Positions 1-12,689 of a stretch of DNA of 64,000 nt are shown here, piece by piece; positions within the stretch are counted from its first letter, which is position 1, and every line of letters starts with the position of its first letter. This DNA comes from Hypanus sabinus (lineage: Eukaryota), in the NCBI RefSeq assembly GCF_030144855.1, contig NC_082712.1, positions 12,958,001-13,022,000 of the forward strand, given 5' to 3'. The position numbers and the translations under genes were made by a program. Under the pieces are notes generated by a model. That model was not told the DNA's origin, searched no databases, and saw only the letters and a list, made by a program, of their open reading frames with translations.

Positions 1-700
1 TCAACAAAGTTGTCCACCATTCCTCTGTACTCAGCCTCTTGCCCTCTCTTTTGCTTTTACATTCGCTTTGACTTCCCTGGTCAACCACAATTGTATATTT
101 TGCCATTTGAGATTTGCTTTGTTTTTGGAATGCATCTACCCTGCACCTTCCTCACTTTGCACTGAAACTCATGTCATTGTTGCTCTGCTGTCATCCCTGC
201 CAGCTTCTCCTTCCAATTTACTTTGGCTAACTTCTCTCTCATACCACAATAATTTCCTTTACACCACTGAAATACTGCTACATCAGACTTTACTTTCTCC
301 CTCTCAGATTTCAAGATGAACTCTCAATCATATTGTGATCACTGTTTCCTCAGGGTTCTTTTACCTTAAGCTCCCTAATCACCTCCAGTTCATTAAATAA
401 CACCCAATCCAGTAGAGCTGATTCTCTAGTCGGCTCAATGACAAACTGCTCTAAAAAGCCATCACTCAGGTATTCAACAAACTCACTCTCTTGAGATCCA
501 TTACCAAACAGATTTTCCCGATTGACCTGCATGTTAAAATCTCCCATGACTATCATAAAATGGCCTTTTGACATGCTTTTTCTTTCTTCTTTTGTAATCT
601 GTATTCCAAATTCCAACTACTGTTTGGAGGCCTGTATTTAACTGCCATCAGGGTCCTTTTACCTTTGCAGTTTCATAACTAAAGCCACAAGGACTCAATG
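1..700 (-). mobile_element. CR1 LINE ORF2 fragment (apurinic endonuclease region), decayed
   Basis: ORF 350..616 contains MGDFNMQVN...FLEQFVIEPTRESALLDWV, the CR1 APE motif. Confidence 0.85.
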
Positions 701-721
701 TCTTCTGAACCAATGTCACAT

Positions 722-3700
722 CTTACAACCATATAACCATATAACAATTACAGCATAGAAACAGGCCATCTCAGCCTGTCTAGTCCTTGCTGAATGTTAC
801 TCTCACCTTGTCCCATTGACCTGCACTCAGCCCATAACCCTCCATTCCTTTCCTGTCCATATACCTGTCCCATTGTACTTTAAATGACAATATTGAACCT
901 GCCTCTACCTCTTCTACTGGAAGCTCACACAGCTACCACTCAATGAATAAAGAAGTTCCTCCTCGTGTTACCCCTAAACGTTTGCCCACTAACTCTCAGC
1001 TCATGTCCTCTTGTTTGAGTCTCCCCTACTCTCAATGGAAAAAGCCTATCCACGTCAACTCTATCTATCCCTCTCATAATTTTAAATACCTCTGTCAAGA
1101 CCCCCCTCAATCTTCTATGCTCCAAAGAATAAAGACCTAACTTGTTCAACCTTTCTCTGTATCTTAGGTGCTGAAACCCAGGCAACATTCTAGTAAATCT
1201 TCTTTGTACTTTCTCTATTTTGTTGACATCTTTCCTATAATTTGGTGACCAGAACTGTACACAGTACTCCAAATTTGGCCTTACCAATGCCTTGTACAAT
1301 TTTAACATTACATCCCAACTCCTATACTCAATGCTCTGATTTATAAAGGCCAGCATATCAAAAGCTTTCTTCACCACCCTATCCACATGAGATTCCACCT
1401 TCAGGGAACTATGCACCATTATTCCTGGATCACTCTATTCTACTGCATTCTTCAATGCCCTACCATTTACCATGTATGTCCTATTTTGACCTGTCCTACA
1501 AAAATGTAGAACCTCACACTTATCAGCATTAAACACCATCTGCCATCTTTCAGCCTTCTCTTCTAATTAGCCTAAATCTATCTGCAAGCTTTGAAAACCT
1601 ACTTCATTATCCACAACACCACCTATCTTAGTATCATCTGCATACTTACTAATCCAATTTACCACCCCATCATCCAGATCATTAATGTAGATGACAAACA
1701 ACATTGGACCCTGTACAGATCGCTGAGGCACACCACTAGTCACCGGCCTCCAACCTGACAAACAGTTATCCACCACTACTCTCTGGCATCTCCCATCCAG
1801 CCACTGTTGAATCCACTTTACTACTTCAATATTAATACCGACTGATTGAACCTTCCTAACTAACTTTCCGTGTGGAATCTTGTCAAAGGCCTTACTGAAG
1901 TCCATATAGACAACATCCACTGCTTTACCCTCGTCAACTTTCTTAGTAACCTCTTCAAAAAATTCAATAAGATTTGTCAAACATGACCTTCCACGCACAA
2001 ATCCATGTTGACTGTTCCTAATCAGACCCTGTCTATCCAGAAAATTATATATACCATCTCTAAGAATATTTTCCATTAATTTACCCACCACTGACATCAA
2101 ACTTACAGGCCTATAATTGCTAGGTTTACTCTTAGAATCCTTTTGAAACAATGGAACAACATGAGCAATACACCATTCCTCCAGCGCCAAACCCATTTCT
2201 AAAGACATGTGAAATATTTCTGTCAGAGCCACTGCAATTTCTACACGAACCTCCCTGAAGGTCCTAGGGAAACATCCTGTCAGGACCTGGAGATTTATCC
2301 AATTTTATATTCCTTAAAAACACCAGTACTTCCTCCTCTTTAATCATCATTGTTTCCATAACTCCCCTACTTGTTTCCCTTACCTTACACAATTCAATAT
2401 CCTTCTCCTTAGTGAATACCGATGAAAAGAAATTGTTCAATTTCGCACACTAGCTGTCCACTGATTCTCTAAGGGACCAATTTTATCCCTCACTATCCTT
2501 TTGCTATTAATATAAGTGTAGAAACTTTTTGGATTTATTTTCACCTTATTGTCAAAGCAACCTCGTACCTTCTTTTAGCTGTTCTGATTTGTTTCTTCAG
2601 ATTCTTTTTACATTCTTTATATTCCTCAAGCACCTCATTTACTCCATGCTGCCTATATTTATTGTAGATATCTCTCTTTTTCCAAAGTTTTCAATATCCC
2701 TTAAAAACCATGGCTCTCTCAAACTTTTAACCTAACAAGAACATAAAGATTCTGTACCCTCAGAATTTCACCTTAAATAACCTCCATTTCTCTATTACAT
2801 CCTTCCCATAAAAATTGTCCCAATCCACTCTTTCTAAATCCTTTTGCATCTCCTCAAAGTTAGCCTTTCTCCAATCAAAAATCTCAACCCTGGGTCCAGT
2901 CCTAACCTTCTCCATAATTATATTGAAACTAATGGCATTTTGATCACTGGACCTGAAGTGCTCCCCTACACATACCTCCATCACCTGACCTATCTCATTC
3001 CCGAACAGGAGATCCAACACTGCCCCTTCTCTAGTTGGTACTGCTAGGACTAAACTGTCCTGCACACATTTTACAAACTCCAAACCATCCAGCCCTTTTA
3101 CAGAATGGGCTTCCCAGTCTATGTGTGGAAAATCAAAAGCTCCCACAATCACAACCTCATGCTTACTATAAATATCTGCTATCTCCATACAAATTTGCTC
3201 CTCCAATTCTTGCTCCCCATTAGGTGGTCTATAATACACCCCTATGAGTGTTACTACACCTTTCCCATTCCTCAATTCCACCTAAATAGTCTCCTGAGAT
3301 GAGCCCTCTAATCCATCCTGCCAGAGCACTGCTGTAATATTTTCTCTGACATGCAATGCAACACCTCCCCCTCTTGTCCCTCCGATTCTATCACACCTGA
3401 AGCATGAAATTCAGGAATATTTAGTTGCCAATCACACTCCTACTGCAACCATGTTTCACTAATATGTACAACATCATATTTCCAGGTATCAATCCATGCT
3501 CTAAGCTCATCCAACTTTCTTACAATGCTCCTAGCATTAAAATAAATACATTTAAGAAATTGTCCACCTCCTCCTCTCTGTTTATCTCTTAAAGTACAAT
3601 GAACTTTACTGTCTCCTTTTTCTTGCTCTCCCATACATCTGTTCCTACACTTTGGTTCCCCTCCCGCCTCATATCTAGTTTTAATCCACTGGAGCCTCTC

Positions 3701-5070
3701 TAACAAACCTACCTGCAAGAATATTTGTTACCCTCCAGTTCAGATGTAAACCATCCTGCTGGATCAGTTTCCACCTTCTCTGGAAGACTTCCCAATATCT
3801 ATAAATCTGAAGCCCTCCCTCTTGCACCATGTCTTCAGCCACGTGTTGATCTGTGCTATCTTACTATTTCTAAACCCGCCTGCACGTGGCACTGGTAGGA
3901 ATCCTGAGATTGCTATCCTGGAGGTCCTGTCCTTTAACTTGGTGCCTAACTCCCTTGTCACGTAGCCCGTGATGGGTTAAAGAACCAGCAGAAATAGGAA
4001 ACACTGTGGAGTCTGGTACTGCTACAAACCAATGCTATTTATTAGTAACTACACAATACAGAGATATAAATGCAGATATATCAAACGGGTTAACAATGAT
4101 TATATATTTTATATTATATTTATATTATATTATATTTTTATCACAGCTTTTCTGCACTGCGAGAGTCACTGATCAATTTCCCCGAATTGACCCTCCAGAA
4201 ACCCACCTTCCTGTAGGCACAACAAGCTCATCCAGTGTCCAAAACCGTGTGTGTCCGACACCAGCAGCTGACCTGGTATTTATTTCAGCATGCTGAACAC
4301 CAGCTGTCCATCAAACTGCTCTGCCCTTCTCTCTCTGTCAGAACGTACAAGCAGCCACTGTCCTTGTGGAAATGAAAACAAACTGCCGAGAAACCATAAC
4401 ATCAATCTTCCGAGCACTCTTCACTTCTCTCTCTCTTAATAACAAGGTCTCTGTGTTGGACACCTCTCTCTATCTCTTTCTTTTTAAGAGCATAGTTCAT
4501 AGGGTCAATTCAGGACCCAGTCACACCCTAAAGTCACCTTTCAGGACTTCCTCACTCTTCCTATCCACATCATTGGTCCCTACATGGACCACAACATCCA
4601 GCTGCTCACCCTCCCTCTTGAGAATACTGAGAACTCATTCCGAGATATCGCGGACCATGGCACTCGGGAGGCAACAGACCATCCAGGATTCTCAATCTCT
4701 CCCACAGAACCTCTTATCTGTCCCCCTAATTATCATATCCCCTATCACTGCAGCTCTCCTCTTTTCTCTCCTTGCCTTCTGAGCTGAGGGTCCAGTCTCG
4801 GTGCCAGAGATGCAACCACTGCAACTTGTCCCTGGTCGGTCATCTCCACCATTTGTATCCAAAATGGTACACTTATTATTGAGGGGAACAGCCACAGGGG
4901 TGCTCTACTCATTCTGTCTAACCTTCCCTCTCCTGACAGTTACCCAGCTTCCTGTCTCCTGACTCGGAGGAGTGACGATCTCCCTGTAACTCCTGTTTAC
5001 TTCTGCCTCTGCCTCCCAAATGATCCGAAGTTCATTCAGCTCCAGCTCCAGTTCCCTAATCTTTCTACTG
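722..5070 (-). mobile_element. Near full-length decayed CR1 LINE (ORF1 esterase, ORF2 EN-RT, 3' microsatellite tail), split by a solo LTR
   Basis: (ACCATATA)n tail at ~727-745; RT pieces 940..1419 and 1567..2232 (YADD in ISKYADDTKIGG); EN 2760..3281; ORF1 pieces 3764..3961, 4692..4895 (VIGDMIIRG), 4905..5174 (ELELELNELRII). Confidence 0.92.
3956..4525 (-). mobile_element. Solo LTR (570 bp), Gmr1/Gypsy-like, 4-bp TSD CCCT
   Basis: TGTCAC...GTCACA termini; CCCT at 3952-3955 and 4526-4529; the CR1 ORF1 sequence rejoins across it; left end resembles the reverse complement of the LTR end at 49880-49925. Confidence 0.85.
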
Positions 5071-5324
5071 ATTTGATGCCATTCTTTACCAGTAGAGTCA
5101 CACCACCCCCTCTGCCTACCTTCATATCCCTCTGACACAACATGTAACTTTGGACATTCAGCTTCCAACTGCAATCATCATTCAGTCATGATTCAGTGAT
5201 GGACACAACATCATACCTGACAATCTGTAATTGTGCAACAAGATCATCCACCTCATTTCTTATTCTCAGTACATTGTGATATAACACTTTGAGTACTGTA
5301 TTTGCTTTTCAGACAGGTGGGGCT

Positions 5325-5720
5325 CATCAGCCTTGGACGGCAGCCTGCCGAGGACAAGGAAAACTCTGATTTTAGGCCTTCATTACTTGTGGCCGTACCC
5401 ATCTATGGGAAAGGCTTCGGGAGTAAACCCTGAGGAAGAAATCCGTAGCCAGGGTCCTTAAAGCAGTTTGATGTTGTTTACAACTTCACTCTGGCAACCC
5501 CAGGGATGACACTGGTGCCAGGCTGTATCGGTGTTTGCCCTTCCCTTGGACTCCATCAGTGACGTGGAGATGGGGAACCCGCTGCATGGGAAACAGCTGA
5601 TTCTTCAAATCTTCCCACCCAGGCTTACACCCCGGAGAAGACACAGTCCACCAGAGGCACAAACCCATCATCCCCTGGGATTGACGGCTGCCTATTGTAT
5701 TTGCTACCCTTTTTGATTCT
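5325..5720 (+). repeat. Unclassified interspersed repeat, copy 1 (possibly the 5' region of a non-LTR element)
   Basis: Shares GGCTTCGGGAGTAAACCC and GGAAAACTCTGAT motifs with the inverted copy at ~6985-7600. Confidence 0.55.
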
Positions 5721-5806
5721 GCACCCCTAATGCACTGACACTCACCCTGATGGCTGCCTGCCCTTCCTGACAGTCTGACTGCATGCAATCTTTGCTTTTT
5801 TACCAT

Positions 5807-6001
5807 TGTGGTAAACTATGTTATACCTGTCTGGACACGCCCCTCTGCTGACTGCTCCTGTGGCTCCTCCCACAGACCCTTGTATAAAGGATATTGGAGG
5901 CACTGCTCCTCCCTCAGTCTCCGAGATGTCGTGGTCATGTTTTCAGCTAATAAAAGCCTATCTTTTGCCTCCCGTCTCCGAGAGTTATTGATGTTGCATC
6001 A
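5807..6001 (+). mobile_element. Short solo LTR (195 bp), 5-bp TSD ACCAT
   Basis: TGTGG...CATCA termini, TATAAAG and AATAAA inside; ACCAT at 5802-5806 and 6002-6006; same family as the LTRs of the element at 45604-47624. Confidence 0.92.
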
Positions 6002-6009
6002 ACCATCCA

Positions 6010-6500
6010 TCCTATCCTGAGTCCCTGAACTCCAGTTCCTATCCCCCTGCCAAATTAGTTTAAACTCTCCCCTACAGCTCTAACAAACATGCCCGTGAGA
6101 ATATTGATTTCCCTTGAGTTCAGGTGAAACCCGTCACTTTTGAAGTGTCATACCTCCCCCAGAAGAGATCCCAATAACCCAAAACCAAAGCCCTGCCCCC
6201 TGCCCCAGCTTCTCAGCCACACATTGATCTACCAAATCATCCTGTTTCTACCATCACTGCCGCGTGGCACAGGCAGCAATCCAGAGATTACTACCCTGGA
6301 GGTCCCGCTTCTCAGCTTTCTACCGAGCTGTCTAAATTTTCTCTTTGCTTTTCTTTCCGATGTCATTGGTACCAATATGTATCAAAATGTCTGGCTGCTC
6401 TCCCTCCCTCTACATAAAGCTGTGGACGCAATCCGTGATGCCCCTGACTCTGGCATCTGGGAGGCAACATAGCATCTGGGTGTCCTGTTCACATCCACAG
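6010..6500 (-). mobile_element. CR1 ORF1/ORF2 junction fragment
   Basis: ORF 6140..6472 is the antisense reading (GTGSNPEITTLEV) of the CR1 esterase VVISGLLPVPRG motif. Confidence 0.75.
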
Positions 6501-6529
6501 AATCTTCTGTTTGTTCCTCTGAATATCGG

Positions 6530-6915
6530 AAGCAGTTTTGGGCCCCTGATCTAAGAAAGGATGTGCTGAAACTGGAGAGGGTTCAAAGGAGGTTCATGAA
6601 AATGATTCCAGGATTAAATGGCTTGTCACATTCAGAGTGTTTAATGTCTCTGGGCCTGTATTCACCAGATTTCATTAGAATGAGGAGTGACCTCATTGAA
6701 ACCTATCGAATGGTGAAAGGCCTCGGTAGAGTAGATGTGGAGAGGATGTTTCCTATGGTGGAGAGTCTAAGACCAGAGGACACAGCCTCAGAATAGAGGG
6801 GCATCCTTTTAGAACAGAGATGAGGAGGAAATTCTTTAGCCAGAGAGTGGTGAATCTGTAGAGTTTGTTGCCGTAGGCAGCTATGGAGGCTGAGTCATTA
6901 TGTATATTTAAGAGG
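6530..6915 (+). mobile_element. CR1 RT C-terminal fragment
   Basis: LERVQRRFMKMIPGL...RSDLIETYRMVKG. Confidence 0.8.
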
Positions 6916-6984
6916 GGTGTTGTTCCCCCTCTCCAAGCATCTGATGAACCCAAAGGAATGGCAGAGACTGGTACAGTTTGGCAC

Positions 6985-7600
6985 CAGTTGCATCGAGGAG
7001 TTGCCAGTCAGTGTTGAACTTAATGTAGATCTGCCTGATGGACTCCAGCTCCAGAATTTCATCTTGGGGGTTTACTCCCGAAGCCTTCCTCATGAGTGAG
7101 TACAGTCACAAAGGGTGTGATGCACCATCAATAACTCACACTGAGATGAAAGGCGAGATATCGGCTTTTATTGACTGGAAGAAGGAACCAGGAGTGAGTG
7201 TCCATCATACCATGTCCTGGAGACTGAGGCCGAGTGTCAGGCTGCAGATCGCCTTTATACAGGGGCCTGTGGGAGGAGCCACAGGAGCAGTCAGCAGGGG
7301 GCGTGTCCAGACAGGCACATAGTTCACCACAGGGTGGAGATTTGAGATCAGAGTTTTCCCTCTCCTAGATGAGCTGCCAACCACGGCTGACAAGCCCCAT
7401 CTGCCCAAAGCAACTGGTTTTAAAGTGTCTGTAACCCACATATGCCCCTTCACCTGTCATTAGAAACGGTTCCTCTGGGTTTAGTAGCTGAGCCACACGT
7501 GAAGGGCAGGAGCTGGAGTTCGTTGTCAGAGGCCATTTGAGGCAGACGCCATTGGGAGCATTTAATAGGTAGTGGGAGCTTGTCCGTATTACCACTCTCA
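6985..7600 (-). repeat. Unclassified interspersed repeat, copy 2 (inverted relative to 5325-5720), split by a solo LTR
   Basis: GGGTTTACTCCCGAAGCC and ATCAGAGTTTTCC are reverse complements of copy 1 motifs. Confidence 0.55.
7118..7331 (-). mobile_element. Short solo LTR, 5-bp TSD GGGTG
   Basis: TGATGCA...CACCACA termini; GGGTG at 7113-7117 and 7332-7336. Confidence 0.9.
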
Positions 7601-7699
7601 GCTATAACAACAGTAACCCTTTACAACGGGTAGTCAAAACTGCCTTACGCATTGCTGGCAGCAGCCTACCCAGCATCAAACTCATATATACACAGAAAT

Positions 7700-8110
7700 G
7701 TGCCAATAAAGACCAGGTAACACCATGAATGATCTCACACCCACCCACCCCTCGCTCATGGACTGTTTGTCCCACTCCCATCAGCACCACACTGGGAAAA
7801 CCAGACTCTAAAACAGTTACTTTCCCCAAGCAGCAAGTCTGATCAACCCCTCCCCTCTCCACACCCCCACCACCACCTCTTCATTATTTCCTGACATCTC
7901 CTTATGTACACACACTCCTATGCCTCGTGTCACTTTATGGACACACAACCGATCTGTGTATAGAAACTATCTTATGCGTTTATACTTATTTTGTGTATTT
8001 TTTGTATTATTGTGTTCTTTATCTCAGTGTTTTTTCGTGTTGCTTTGAACCCAGTGTGACAGTTATTTCATTCTCCTTTACACTTGTCTACTGGAAATGA
8101 TATGAAACAA
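7700..8110 (+). mobile_element. Rex1/Babar-like 3' end fragment
   Basis: CTCATGGACTGTTTGTCCCACTCCCATCAG matches the HxLFxxLPSG end of Rex1 RT; followed by the AT-rich 3' UTR also seen at 12400-12620. Confidence 0.55.
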
Positions 8111-8369
8111 TTTGAATGTTGAATGTTGAATCCGGGGTTCCTGCGGTGCATTTTGTTTCCAGCATCTGCAGTCTCCTGTGCCCCCGTGATGATGGTCACA
8201 CTGCCTTCGGTGAAACCCTGGACACTAACTCCGCCTGTGTCCAGTTATCTGCAGGACCTCTTCCTCCTGGTCAGTTCTCCCCCTCCAGTCCTTTGCTTTA
8301 TGGTTTCTTTCCCATTGACCTCACCCACTAATTTCAATTGCCAGATCCATGTATCTTATCCCTGTTCAC

Positions 8370-9690
8370 TCTAGGAATTGGACTGTAAGGTCAGAAGATA
8401 TAGGAGCAGAATTAGGTCATTCGGTCCATTGAGTCTGTTCCCCCATTCCATTATGTCTGATTTAGTTTCCCCCTCAACCCCATGTTCCTGCCCTCTCTCT
8501 GTAACCTTTGATACACTTCCTAATGAAGAAACTATCAGACTCCGTTTCAAATATACGCAGTGACTTGGCTTCCCACAGTCGTCTGTGGCAATGAATTTCA
8601 CAGAATCACGACTGTCTGGCTGAAGAATGTCTGATACCAGAGGGTGTGTGATTCAGCTGGGAGGGGGTAAGTTCAAAGGGGGTGTGGGGACAAATGTATC
8701 TTTACAGAGAGAGTGGTGGGTGTGCAGAACGCACTGCCGGGGTTGGGGGGGCGGGGGGGAGACAGATTCTGTAGAGGCGTTTAAGAGACTCTTGGACTGA
8801 TGCATGAATTGTGGTTTGGGATATAGACTTGGTGTAGCAGAAGCAGTTAGTTTAGTTAAGCATTCAATTACGAGTTTAAGTAGTTTGTGGACCAAAATGT
8901 CTTTTCCCGTGCTATCCTGTTCTATGACTTTCTATCCAGCCTCCTGCAGAATTCTCTGGAAATTCTACAGTTCCGTGCAAAAGTCTTAGACACCTATATA
9001 TAGCTGGGGTGCCAAAGACTTCTGCAGTTCTGTATTTGTCAACGTGGAGCGGAGAGAGAGTTTGTAAATCTGGTGGAAGCAAAAGCTGTTGGGAATGGTG
9101 AGGATGAAGTGTGGGACGGGGGCAGAGAAGGAGTGCTGGGGCAAGGGATGGTGTGGGTGCAGACACCCCCAGACCTGAGACGCCAAGATCATCTGATTCC
9201 AAACAACTGTTTTACCGATCACTACACGATGTCTCTCTGGTGTTTCCCGCTCCCTTCCCCTTTTCCCAGCCATGATTGCCCCCTCCCTGTCCCCTTTCCC
9301 ACTCTCAGTCCACAATCGAGTCCCCTATCAGCATCAGGTTTATCATCACTCACAAATGCCACAGAACAGAGAACATTGAAGAGTACAGTGAAGGGACAGG
9401 CCATTCGGCCCATAATGTTCACTGAACCAACTAAAAAGTAAATCAACCCCCCCCCCCCACCACCATCTCTCCACCTTCCTCACACCCATGCACCTACCCA
9501 AACGTCTCTTAAAAGCCTCCAATGTATTTGCCTTCACCACCCTACCAGGGAGGGCATTCCAGGCACCCATCACCCTCTGAGTAAAAAACTTACCCCTCAC
9601 GGCCCCCTTGAGCCTACCCCCCTTTCACCTTCAATGCCCTCTGGTATTGGACACTTCAACCCTCATCTTAACCCTAATGTCGGCAGATCA
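8370..9690. mobile_element. Mosaic of CR1 3'-end fragments on both strands
   Basis: ORF 9346..9600 reads RGKFFTQRVMGAWNALP; CR1 3' UTR motifs (GGCCATTCGGCCC) present. Confidence 0.65.
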
Positions 9691-9719
9691 AGCAGCATCT
9701 AGTGACAAGAGCCCAGAGT

Positions 9720-9860
9720 CAACGTTTCGAGCCGAGTCCCTTCTTCAGGATCGAAATGAAAGGGTCTCAGCCTGAAACATCGACTGTTCACTCCCCTCCT
9801 GCCCGACCTGCTGAGTGCCTCCAGCATTTTGTGTGTGTTGCTCTGGACTTGCAGAATCTG
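9720..9860 (-). repeat. Penelope-derived terminal repeat; further copies near 13520, 13940, 17215, 35240, 35920, 38560, 40930, 48310
   Basis: Reverse complement of ACACACAAAATGCTGGAGGxACTCAGCAGG...GAtGTTTCxGGC; the copy at 48310 is attached to a Penelope-like C-terminus. Confidence 0.6.
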
Positions 9861-10026
9861 GTGTTTGCAAATTACTGCAGGACTGTGCAAAAGTCTTTGG
9901 CACCAAGCTATATATATGTAAGTGCCTAAGACTTTCCCACAGCATCGTACTCGCATAAAATTTGCTTCCAGTAAATGCGAAGAGTTTGTAACTACCGTCA
10001 TGAGAAAGTGCACTGTGTTTGAAATG

Positions 10027-10080
10027 ACTTCCTGCCAGCTACTAACTTCGACAGTGGCTGAGAATTTTTTTGAGGAAGTG
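10027..10080 (+). promoter_or_regulatory. Two Ets/PU.1-type sites upstream of the leader exon
   Basis: ACTTCCTG at 10027-10034 and GAGGAAGTG at 10072-10080, 90-140 nt upstream of the ATG in non-repeat sequence. Confidence 0.4.
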
Positions 10081-10168
10081 AAGCAGCAAATCGAGCAGCT
10101 TCTGTATTTCAGCGAGAGAATGAAGAAAGAACTGAAGTGTGAGAGGACTCCACACTGAAGCGCTGGAA

Positions 10169-10229
10169 ATGCTCTCTCTCCGGGTTTGTCTCTGCACCGT
10201 CCTGTTGTCCGTCTCAGTCCGGGGATACA
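10169..10229 (+). CDS. Signal-peptide exon of the Siglec-15-like receptor (MLSLRVCLCTVLLSVSVRGY, phase 1)
   Basis: ATG plus 20 codons with a hydrophobic core and VRG cleavage-like site, then A|GTAGGT donor; joins V1 as A+AC = Asn, in frame. Confidence 0.75.
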
Positions 10230-10479
10230 GTAGGTGTTTTCCATTGTCCCCTGTCTCCCCGTTGTCTCTCTCCTAAAGGCTCGTTTTACTTTGTGGCGCA
10301 GCGCGATCTATTTGGACGTTGGTTCTGCCCGTGGAGGGTTGGCGTTCGGACCCTGTCCTTCCCTGAGTGCTAGGCTGGACTGCCTTCTGGTGACGATGAA
10401 CCCCAGTACTATTGGGAAGAGACGTCCAAGTTTGATCCCAGTTAAAGGCCGGGCACAATTCCAAGCCTGGGTGGTGATG

Positions 10480-10570
10480 AATTTGGAGCGAAGCTGTAGT
10501 GTGGTGGTTAGCGTGATGCTTTACATTCCCTGTGACCCAGGTTCAATTCTCGCCGCTGTCTGTACGTTCT
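10480..10570 (+). mobile_element. tRNA-derived SINE head
   Basis: A-box-like TGGTTAGCG and B-box-like GGTTCAATTC, followed by SINE body sequence rather than a tRNA 3' end. Confidence 0.6.
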
Positions 10571-10599
10571 TCAGTTCTCAATGCTATTTGCTTATTTTT

Positions 10600-11760
10600 A
10601 TTGTTTTCACGATCTTTCCCCTTTGCACATTGGCTGTTCGACGGCCTTCAGAATCAGAATCAAGCTTAATATCACCGACATATGTTGTGAAACTTGTTGA
10701 CTTTGTGGCGGCAGTACGATGCAATTCCTAATAACAGAGAAAAACTGAATCACAGTAAGTGTATATATGTGTATAAAGTAGTTAAATAATAGCACCAAAA
10801 CAGAAATAAAAAAGTAATGAGGTAGTATTCAGGGTTCATTGTTCATTCAGAAATCGGATGGCAGAGGGAAGAAGCTGTTCCTGAATCACTGAATGTGTGT
10901 CTTCAGGCTCCTGTACCTCCTGCCTGGTGGTAGCAACGAGAACAGGGCATGTCCTGGGTGATGGGGGTCCTTAATGATGGATGCTGCCTTTCTGAGGCAC
11001 CACTCCTCGAAGATGTGTTGGAAACTACGGAGGCTCGAGCCCATGATGGCGCCCAGTTACTTTACAACTCTCTGCAGATTCCTTCCATCTTATGCTGTAG
11101 CCCCCCACCCCCCATCCCAGGCGGCGATGCAGCCAGTCAGAATGCTCCCCACCGTACATCTGTAGAGACTATTACATGACATACCAAATCTCCTCAAACT
11201 CCTGGTGAAATATAACCGCTGTCGTACCTTCTTTGTAATCACATCGACATGTTGGGACCAGGTTCGGTCCTCCGATGTTTTGAAACACACTGGAATTTGA
11301 AACTGCTCACTCTCTCCACTTCTGATCCCTTGATGAGGATTGGTTTGTGTTCCCTCGTCTTACCCTTCTGAAGTCCACGGTCAGCTCTTTGGTCTTACTG
11401 ACGTTGAGTGCAAGTTCGTTGCTGCGACACCACTCCACTAATCGGCATATCTCACTCCTGTACGCCCTCTCATCACTACCCGAGATTCTACCAACAATGA
11501 TTGTATTGTCAGCAAATTTATAGATGGTGATTGAGCCACACAGACATGGGTGTAGAGAGACTTGAGCAGTGGCGAAGCACACATCCTTGAGGCGCACCAG
11601 TTGATTGTCAGTGAGATGGAGATGTTATTAGCAATCTGCACAGATTGTGACATTCCGGTTAGGAATTCGAGGATCCAGTTGAAGAGGGAAGTACTGAGGC
11701 CCAGGTTCTGTAACTTATCTATCAGGACTGTAGCAATGACGGGTTCTTTTGGGTTTCTTT
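10600..11760 (-). mobile_element. Rex1/Babar non-LTR RT fragment with 3' UTR and (TCAGAA)n tail
   Basis: KFADNTIIVGRISGSDERAYRSEI...LNVSKTKELTVDFRR; TVGSILTGCIAAW. Confidence 0.8.
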
Positions 11761-11819
11761 GTTCTGTGGCTGCCTGTCAGGAGACAAATCTCAAAGTTAT
11801 ATAATCTATATATGCATTG

Positions 11820-12000
11820 AACGCTGAACTCCCTGTGACCTCATGGGTTTCCTCCAGGTGCTCTGGTTTTCTCCCACAATCTACTGGTTGGTGGGTTAAC
11901 TGGTCTTTGTGAATTGTCCCGTGATTAGGCTCGGGTTGTTAGGCATCACGGCTCAAAAGGCCGGAGGGGGCCTATTCTGCATTGAGTCTCAGTAAATGAA
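11820..12000 (+). mobile_element. V-SINE-like SINE; further copies ~37050-37150 (-), ~38690-38900, ~61985-62280
   Basis: Central GGGTTTCCTCCxGGTGCTCxGGTTTxCTCCCACA domain. Confidence 0.65.
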
Positions 12001-12689
12001 TATACTTGGGAGGGGAGCCAGCGGGTGGTGGTGTTCACATCCACCCGATACCCTGATGTGGAGAGGTGGAGGCTGCTGGAATAGCAGGGCGAGTAACTGC
12101 GTTGCGTGTTGTAGACGGCGCACACCGCGGCCACTGTGCGCTGGCGGTGGAAGGAGGGAGTACTGACTGGGTGCTCATGTGGTTACTGTTGTCCTGGGTT
12201 GTGTGATGTTGTAGTTGTACAAGATGTTGGTGAAGACATATTGAGTACAGAGTTGGGATGTTATATTGACGTTGAAGAAGAATAACATAATAATTTATAA
12301 TACTAAAGAACACAGTAAGTATTAGTACATTAGACAGCTTATATACGTGGATTGATTGTATATACATAAAGTTCCATATGAATGACAACTTTATCATTTC
12401 CTGTCAGTCACCTGAAGTACAGACACTCCTGAGGCTGGAGTCACTTTATGGACATAAAGTCTATCTGTCAATCTATATATCAACCTATGTATAGAAACTA
12501 TCATATGTACAGTGTTTATATTTATTGTGTTATTATTATTGTGCTCTTTACTTTATTATATTTTTGTGCTGCATTGGATCCAGAGTAACAATGGTTTTGT
12601 TCTGCTTCACACTTGTGGCCATCTATTGAATACCAAAAGGATGCAGAGAACACTGGACAGTCCAGCACAGTACAGACCCTTCAGCTCTC

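Noticed and set aside
10480-10570. tRNA gene (also 40340-40480 and 61985-62060)
   Set aside because: A and B boxes are present but cloverleaf stems are broken and the sequence runs into SINE body
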